Below, in pieces: positions 57,250-64,000 of a stretch of 64,000 nt of DNA. Below the pieces are notes generated by a model. The model did no database searches. It was not told where the DNA came from and was given only the letters and a program-made list of their open reading frames with translations. The stretch is taken from assembly GCA_043228905.1 (NCBI GenBank), contig JBHGNT010000016.1:6386001-6450000 (forward strand), written 5' to 3'. The DNA comes from Azolla caroliniana (Eukaryota > Plantae > Polypodiophyta). Every line of letters begins with the position of its first letter. The stretch's first letter is position 1. Both the position numbers and the translations under genes were made by a program.

Positions 57250-59569
57250 CTTGGTAAAGGTGGAGGTAAAGTTATAAAGTAAAACTAAATTTCCAATAAT
57301 GACACATTTGTTTTATTTAATTGTCACACATATAGAAGCCCAACCTAACAATTTTGAGCAATATCAATGTCTTCATGTTACATTTATGACATAGTAAAAA
57401 ACTACAGTTCTGGCAGGTCCTTATTTATATTCTTATCTTGAGGTTTTGATATGATTCTGACACTCTTTTCCATTGTGCCGCTTTTTCATCAATCCATTAC
57501 AGCTGTTCTAGACAAGACCCATGTCGCAGCTCCTTGAAGATACACTGCTATGGAAGCCTATCTTTCCAGAGTAAAAAGTTGACCAATTTAAGTGGACCGC
57601 CCTCCATTTGTGGGCACTTAACTTTTCTTCCATCGGCCAAGATCTAACCTCCAATCCTATTAGATTTGAAAGCCCAAAGAGAAGATTGCCCTTGTGTTAT
57701 GTAACTGGCTCGGAGCTTGTCCCAGACTGTAGGCTTTTTTTGCATGCATATGTAGCCGAAACACCATACCACTTTCTGTTTACCTTCTCGTGGATAAGTC
57801 TACTGCTTGTTATAATAGGGTTTGACATTTGCAGTTGTTCTGGTCTTGCACTGATTTGACACGCTTTTATGGTTAGTGAATGGACCAAATTGCCTTATTT
57901 CTCCTATTACTTCTGGTAGGAACATACCGTACGTACATCTTTAAAATTCAGAAGTAATCTGCTTATTAGTTCAACCTGAATCCTGCTTGACTGAGTTTAT
58001 ATGAATCTTGGATACTATACCTTGAATTAGTCATATAATGTATGATGTTATTTTATTTGAATGCATTAAAACATGAGATTGGATTGAATGTGACCATCAG
58101 TGGCTAGATATTACCGCATGTTGTAGGCAATCTAATGAATTTTATGGACAACAAGCAATGATTTGGTATCGCGTCCTTTAGAATACACAGGTTAGTGGAG
58201 TATTTGTGAGAACAAAGCTTGCTCTTAAGAATACATTTATATCAGAATTATGAGAGTATTATAGGATAGTGAAAGGTTTTACATGTGCAATGTGAGACTT
58301 GTTAGCCTCTGAAAAGAGTTATCTAAATTAGATTTAGGCTGAATTCACATTCTACAAAGATAGTGCCACTGGGGTGGTTTCTCATCCAGGCGGTAGTGGA
58401 CGTGAAATGTCTCACATCCATAATCCTATGTGCTCAATAAAAATGAAAAGTTGAGTTGATTTTCGTATAAGCACTTGTAGGATTCTGATTGTATTATACT
58501 GAAAGCTGGAACCCACCAATAGTAAAAATGCATCGTGTTTTATGCATGATCACCTTTTAGGATTGTGATCTTGTTGAAATGTATGCATCATCATCCCGGT
58601 AATACCAGGGGGGATAGAATCTTTCTGATGACAGGAATCATCAGGGCAACAAACATATTATCAACAATGAAGCTACATCTATGGGCGACAAAACTGCCAA
58701 GCTTTTGATTGTTCACATCCTGTCTTTTAAGCTCTTTGTTGTATTATTTTTTGTTGTCAATGGATGGGATTCAAGATAATCAGTCATGTAATTTGAACTA
58801 TTGTTATTATAAATTAGAGTAAAGCTCAAATAGAGAAAACCTCTTGACAATTCAGCAAATGAAGAATAGTCACAATAGTCTACCTTAATCATGTGTTGCT
58901 GATTGCCAATTAATCTTATAAAAAATACGAGTGACTTGCATTCAAACATTATGAACGTGAAAATATCAATGAAATATATAGGGTGATAGCATGGATTTGG
59001 TGAGCCAAAAGAATTCTGTATGTGTAGCCTCTATGTTTAAAATCGGAAGGGGGTTGGTTGCATGTTTCATATGTTGATTATAACGTGATGTAGCTTGTTT
59101 TTTCTGGTTACACCTTTAGGCCTATATAGACTTTCGGGTCATTGGTCCAGTCAATAATTGTGTGACTGGACATGACGCATTCAACTCTCAATCCATTGAA
59201 GCTGTCCTTAAAATTGTATGGAAAATGTGATTCATTTAAATCATTAATTTCTCTTGACACTTACAATTGCTGTCCTTTTAAGTTGCATGCAAAATGTGAT
59301 TTCTTTCAAATCATTAATATTGTATGATCCACCAACGTTTTTTAATATTGCACTCATACTACACTTACAATGAGTATGATCCATGAGACAAATTGTAGCC
59401 ATATAATTCCACCAATGTTTTTTCATAATGTGCTTATACTTACAATGAGTATATTATGTATATTATTTATCTATCCACATTGCTACACTTTTTCTTTGCT
59501 AAAAGGGAAATGAGTAGAACAAGTTGTCACTTGAGATTTGACATTATGGTAACCAAATTTGGAGACATT

Positions 59570-59972
59570 CAAGTTAATGAAGAGTTGAAGTATTTCTGGT
59601 CCTCATTAAAAAAATATTTTGATCTCAAGATGAATATAGAATTATCTAACACTAAAGAACATTTAAGTTAATGAAGTGTTGTAGATTTCTGATCTCAAGA
59701 TGAATACAGAATTATCTAACCCTAAAAAACATTTTAGTTAATGAAGAGTTGCAATCCCTCAGGCAATCTCCATTTGATTGTTTGGAACTTAGAGATATCA
59801 CGCTACAAATTTATACTCTTTACTTTGAGATCTTTTTAGCTCTTTGGTGTCTAATAGACACTTGTATATTTCTCTTTATTCTTTGTGGGTTTTCACCTCA
59901 CTTTGAGGTTTCCCACTAGTAATAACAGTTGCAGATTACTGATCTCAAGATGAATACAGAATTATCTAATAC
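59570..59972. repeat. Local ~70-bp repeat (three copies of gatctcaagatgaata.agaattatctaa)
   Basis: Copies at 59621, 59691 and 59941. Confidence 0.8.
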
Positions 59973-60589
59973 TATACGTAAACCTGGAGCTTAACTCCTG
60001 TCCTCAACATCCATGGCCAGAAATGGCAGCCAAGCATTGATTTGGAAAAAAATAATGTTAGAAGGGTATGATAGGATAAAATTGTAATATCATTTTCATG
60101 AAACCTGATTGACAAAGTTAATATAACAAATAAACCAACACAGTAATGGAGGGAGTTCGTTATTATCTTGCAAAAAACATCATATAGCATCTGCCAATAG
60201 AATATCTAAATTTTCTTGCATCAACTTCCGTTGTAGGTTATGCCTTTTGCAAATACAAGGTTATGGTTTAATCTCACTCCCCCAAGAGTTATTCGTCTTA
60301 CTTGGTCTGACTTGACCCATACAAGACATGACCACCGGTCTGACTCAAGCTGAAGAGTTGGAAGTTACATTGTAAAAACATACTCTATAAGTTGGTTGAA
60401 TCCAACTTTAAACAATAATCTAGCAAAAATCAATGTTCACAAATTACAATGTTCATGCGACAACAATATGGCAATCTGTTATACATATATATACATACAT
60501 ACATATATGTATATATATACATACAAGTTACCAATCATCTTTGCAGATAAGTAAGGTAACTAGACGTTCAGCTTTAGATAACCAATTAC

Positions 60590-62234
60590 TCACGCTTTAG
60601 CGCCTGTGTCATCAGCAGCACCAGCTTTTTGAATGAAGGAGCCAAAGGAACCATACAACAGACTCTTTGACTTGCTCGATGTTTCTTCTTGGTCACTGTC
60701 GCATAAGGTTGGATTCTCATCAATCACAGCCCGAAGACATACCTCGGCAATCACTACATAAAAGAAACAAGGTAGAAAAATGAGCAAGCAAGGTTTGGTT
60801 TAGTGTTTTATAATTAGTTTTTATCATCTATTACATAAGGTAATTGTCCTAGTACCTAGACAGCTAAAGAGTAATTTCAGTTTTAGAGATTTGGGCACAA
60901 TTTAGGGTCATGTAGTAGCATATATGTGTAGAGAGTGTTTACGTTGATAGATTAAGTTTACGGTTAGATAATAAGAATTAAAGTTCAAGGGTAGGATGTA
61001 TGGTTTTATGAGTAGATGATAAAGTTCAAGCGTATTTACAGACTACAGTTCACAAACGTTAGCAACAGTTTACACAGTGTTAATGGTTGTATGACTATTG
61101 TTAAAGAATGTTATATAGAATCCTGTGCATGTTAAGGGTTTAGGTTTTGTATAGCAACATATATAGATAAAGAGATTTAGGGAAAGAATATTTGCTGACC
61201 AGCTCGATCGTTGGGCTGTAACAGATAGTGTCCCGTTTGCCCAGCCCACACTGAACTCTTATGGCACAAGTCCAATGACAGTTCTGCATTGGTACTAAAA
61301 CTATTTATACAACATTCATGCTCTTCAGTATCACTATCATCAAACTTCTTTACAGCCAGCTTTGTATTTAGGTGACCCAAGGCTTTGTCAAAGATCTTGT
61401 TCATTTGTCTACCAATACTCAATTCCTTTGGTCCAAGCAAACGGCTAACTTCAGCCTCATCACAGCCATTTTCATGAGGTTTCAAATCTTCTTTGTGTAT
61501 GTGCAGAATATGATCGCCTCCTTGCTCTTGTATGAACAGAGAGGCTGAAGCTGTTCTCATTAAAGGTCCACCGACTCGTGTCCAGCAATGATGATTAGTA
61601 TCCATGTTTTCACTCTCGCTATCACTTCCATCACAAAAAGGCTGATGAGATTTCACACTTCCAAATGCAGGACCAGACCAAGGCCCACCCGATGTATGCA
61701 CCGTTTCTATCATGCCATCTTCATCTAATGAACCCCATGAGTTTTCTCGGGCAATGCAGTTCCAAGAAGGGATCCTTTTAGCTCCAGATGATGGTGATCG
61801 AATTGATCCAGATGTGTGTAATGAGTTTCTTTCCAAACTTCTCTTGATTCTGTTTCTTCGATTTAGTTCCGATACACATTCATCCAGCATTAACTCAATC
61901 CCACAGTTGGCATTGATTGCAGAGAGTTTCTCCCACGTACATCGCCTTCCCTGATTTACCGATTTTTGTAGCTCCGCAGCATTTGGATTTTGAATAATTT
62001 TAGCAAACTGAAGGTGTCAAAGAAACGAAAAAACCATTTGAGAATCATTGCTGATGATTTTACATAGTAAAAGAGATCCGAAGCAATCACCTGAGCAAGT
62101 GTAGCAGGCATAACAATTGTCACGTCGCCTTCCCAATCTTGCGCAAACAGCTTAGCAATGCCACCCATAGGGAATCCTAACTCCCAAATTTGGTTGCATC
62201 TGTGCTTCACCTCCATCTCTGACAAACGAGCCAG
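60590..62234 (-). CDS. SDP1: SDP1-like patatin triacylglycerol lipase, 3' exons 62091-62234, 61200-62007 and probably 60590-60753
   Basis: [43 protein letters not shown]|FAKIIQNP...[27 protein letters not shown]...[13 protein letters not shown]...[10 protein letters not shown]. The last exon is supported only by splice signals and phase; an unspliced stop at 61177 is the alternative. Confidence 0.9.
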
Positions 62235-63822
62235 CTGCATGAAGAAAACAACTGCTTAATAAGTAAATGCATAATTATGAAATTTATTGTACCAATTTCA
62301 GCACATTTCAGTGGAAAAAACCAATGCTACCTTAAAAATGTCTGCCATATGGACATAGCAAGACTACTCAGAAGAGCTGAACTGGCATGTACCAAAGCTA
62401 GGTATTTTAAATAAAAAAGTGTAAGTTCAGGCTAGAAATTTGGGACACCCTGTAAAGTGAAAATTTGCCCTGGCACATAGGAATGAACATTTCTGCACAT
62501 ATAAAATAAGTCCAATTTGTAGAAATAATTGTTGAAACAGCATTACACAGGGCCCTGACGCTCAAAGGGGTGAGCCCTTAACAATATGGTACAATTCTAT
62601 TAGAACATTTGTCTATATATATATAATATTATCAGCTTATGAGGAGCACACCATTGTTGCAATGCAACTCCCAAAACCCTGCAAAGTTGTTAGTTGTTCA
62701 TATCTTTCTAACCCACACTGAAGCATGTGTGATCAATATGTTTATTTTACTTGCTGTTCTGGCATTGCATTTCAAGACTATTATTCTGGTTGTCAAATGA
62801 GTTCAATTGTGCGCTTCTAGCCAGCTACCATATATTGGCTAACAATTTCGTCTCTATCTATTATAGCTTAAAATATGGAAGTGAAACTTTCCAAGCATCA
62901 GGATAATATACTGATCGACAGAATTGGTTAGATTTGCTTCAGCGGTTGGTTCCATCTCCTCTGCACAGATACTGGCTTTATTGCCAACTCCAGGATAGTA
63001 AAATTTGACTGAAGTCTGGATTTGCTCATCTACTACATTAGACACTCGTATGGCAGAGGATTTTGACTTTGACTCCTTGGACTTATGCTCCATGTTTTTC
63101 ATTTGCACTAGCGGTATTCTGTTAAGGATAATTTATTGTACTAGAGGAACAACAGTGAATTTAATTGAGGCATAATTTCCATTTACTTCACAAATAACAC
63201 ATTTCCCTTTTTCCATCCAAGTTTTTTTTCCAGATGCATTTTTCTAATGGTACTCCTTTTTTATCCTTTGCATTGACTGGAATCCTGCTTGAAAGGCTCC
63301 ATGGACTTCAAGAGTTCCCCACCAATGTCTTTATTGTGGTTGTATGATTTACTAGAGAATCCTTCCTCCTGGAAATGTTTTTGCCTGGGAACTCTACTTG
63401 GCTGCCTTTAAATCCTGTTGTACTTCCTTGCAATAAAGCAATTGGCCATGTTTTTGAGTGTGACAATGGATGCATTCTCTATACAATTGTGTCATTTTCG
63501 TCACACTAAACTTTCTTAAATATTCGCTAATTTCTTTGGGTAAACCTATTACACAATGAAACTGTCCTGAAAGATCTAACATCTAATAGGACATTAAGAA
63601 TATGACTTTCTTCACTGCAAGTCATTTTAAACTGGCTATGTTTTCACATTCAATCTTCAGATAAAAATATGCAAATGGCCACTATATATTCCTAGCACCA
63701 CCTTGTAGATAACAATTTCCCCTAGCATTTCAGTCCAAGATCATGCAAATATTATAAATAAATCCATTATCGCTCCCTTCCAGGATCTTCCACAACTTTG
63801 GAAGAGGAGAAGATTGAGACGA

Positions 63823-63922
63823 NNNNNNNNNNNNNNNNNNNNNNNNNNNNNNNNNNNNNNNNNNNNNNNNNNNNNNNNNNNNNNNNNNNNNNNNNNNNNN
63901 NNNNNNNNNNNNNNNNNNNNNN
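63823..63922. other. Assembly gap (100 N)
   Basis: Run of N. Confidence 1.
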
Positions 63923-64000
63923 AGCAATCACCCCTCGCTTCTTTTTGGGAAAAAAAAAAAACTACGTCTCTATGTATGTCTCGAGTCTCGAGCTCGAAGC

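Overview
Eukaryotic land-plant genomic DNA. The retroelement types suggest a non-seed plant such as a fern or lycophyte, but that is inference. Three host genes are present: the 5' part of a plastid RIBA (DHBP synthase) gene on the minus strand at the left end, a complete 7-exon five-KH-domain RNA-binding protein gene (+, 53298-57249), and the 3' part of an SDP1-like patatin TAG lipase (-) at the right end, before a 100-N gap. Between the divergent RIBA and KH genes is a ~38 kb LTR-retrotransposon cluster that resolves by matching LTRs and target-site duplications (TSDs). A 5'-truncated Copia is interrupted by chromovirus A. A Tnt1/Tork-like Copia (TSD CGATT) contains a non-chromovirus Gypsy (TSD AAGTC, itself holding the intact chromovirus B, TSD GGGGT), a tRNA-Trp-primed gag-only element (4-bp TSD CCGT) and a related solo LTR. 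The most unusual signals are three. First, a Gypsy element has a tRNA-Arg primer-site sequence at both internal ends in inverted orientation and no polypurine tract (PPT). Second, a young pol-less element carries one intact 1419-codon repeat-rich ORF. Third, the chromovirus LTRs combine a self-priming sequence, a 10-unit heat-shock element and an antisense tRNA/SINE-like hairpin at the LTR tip. All analysis was by eye; tRNA identities are from memory of angiosperm tRNAs and need checking.
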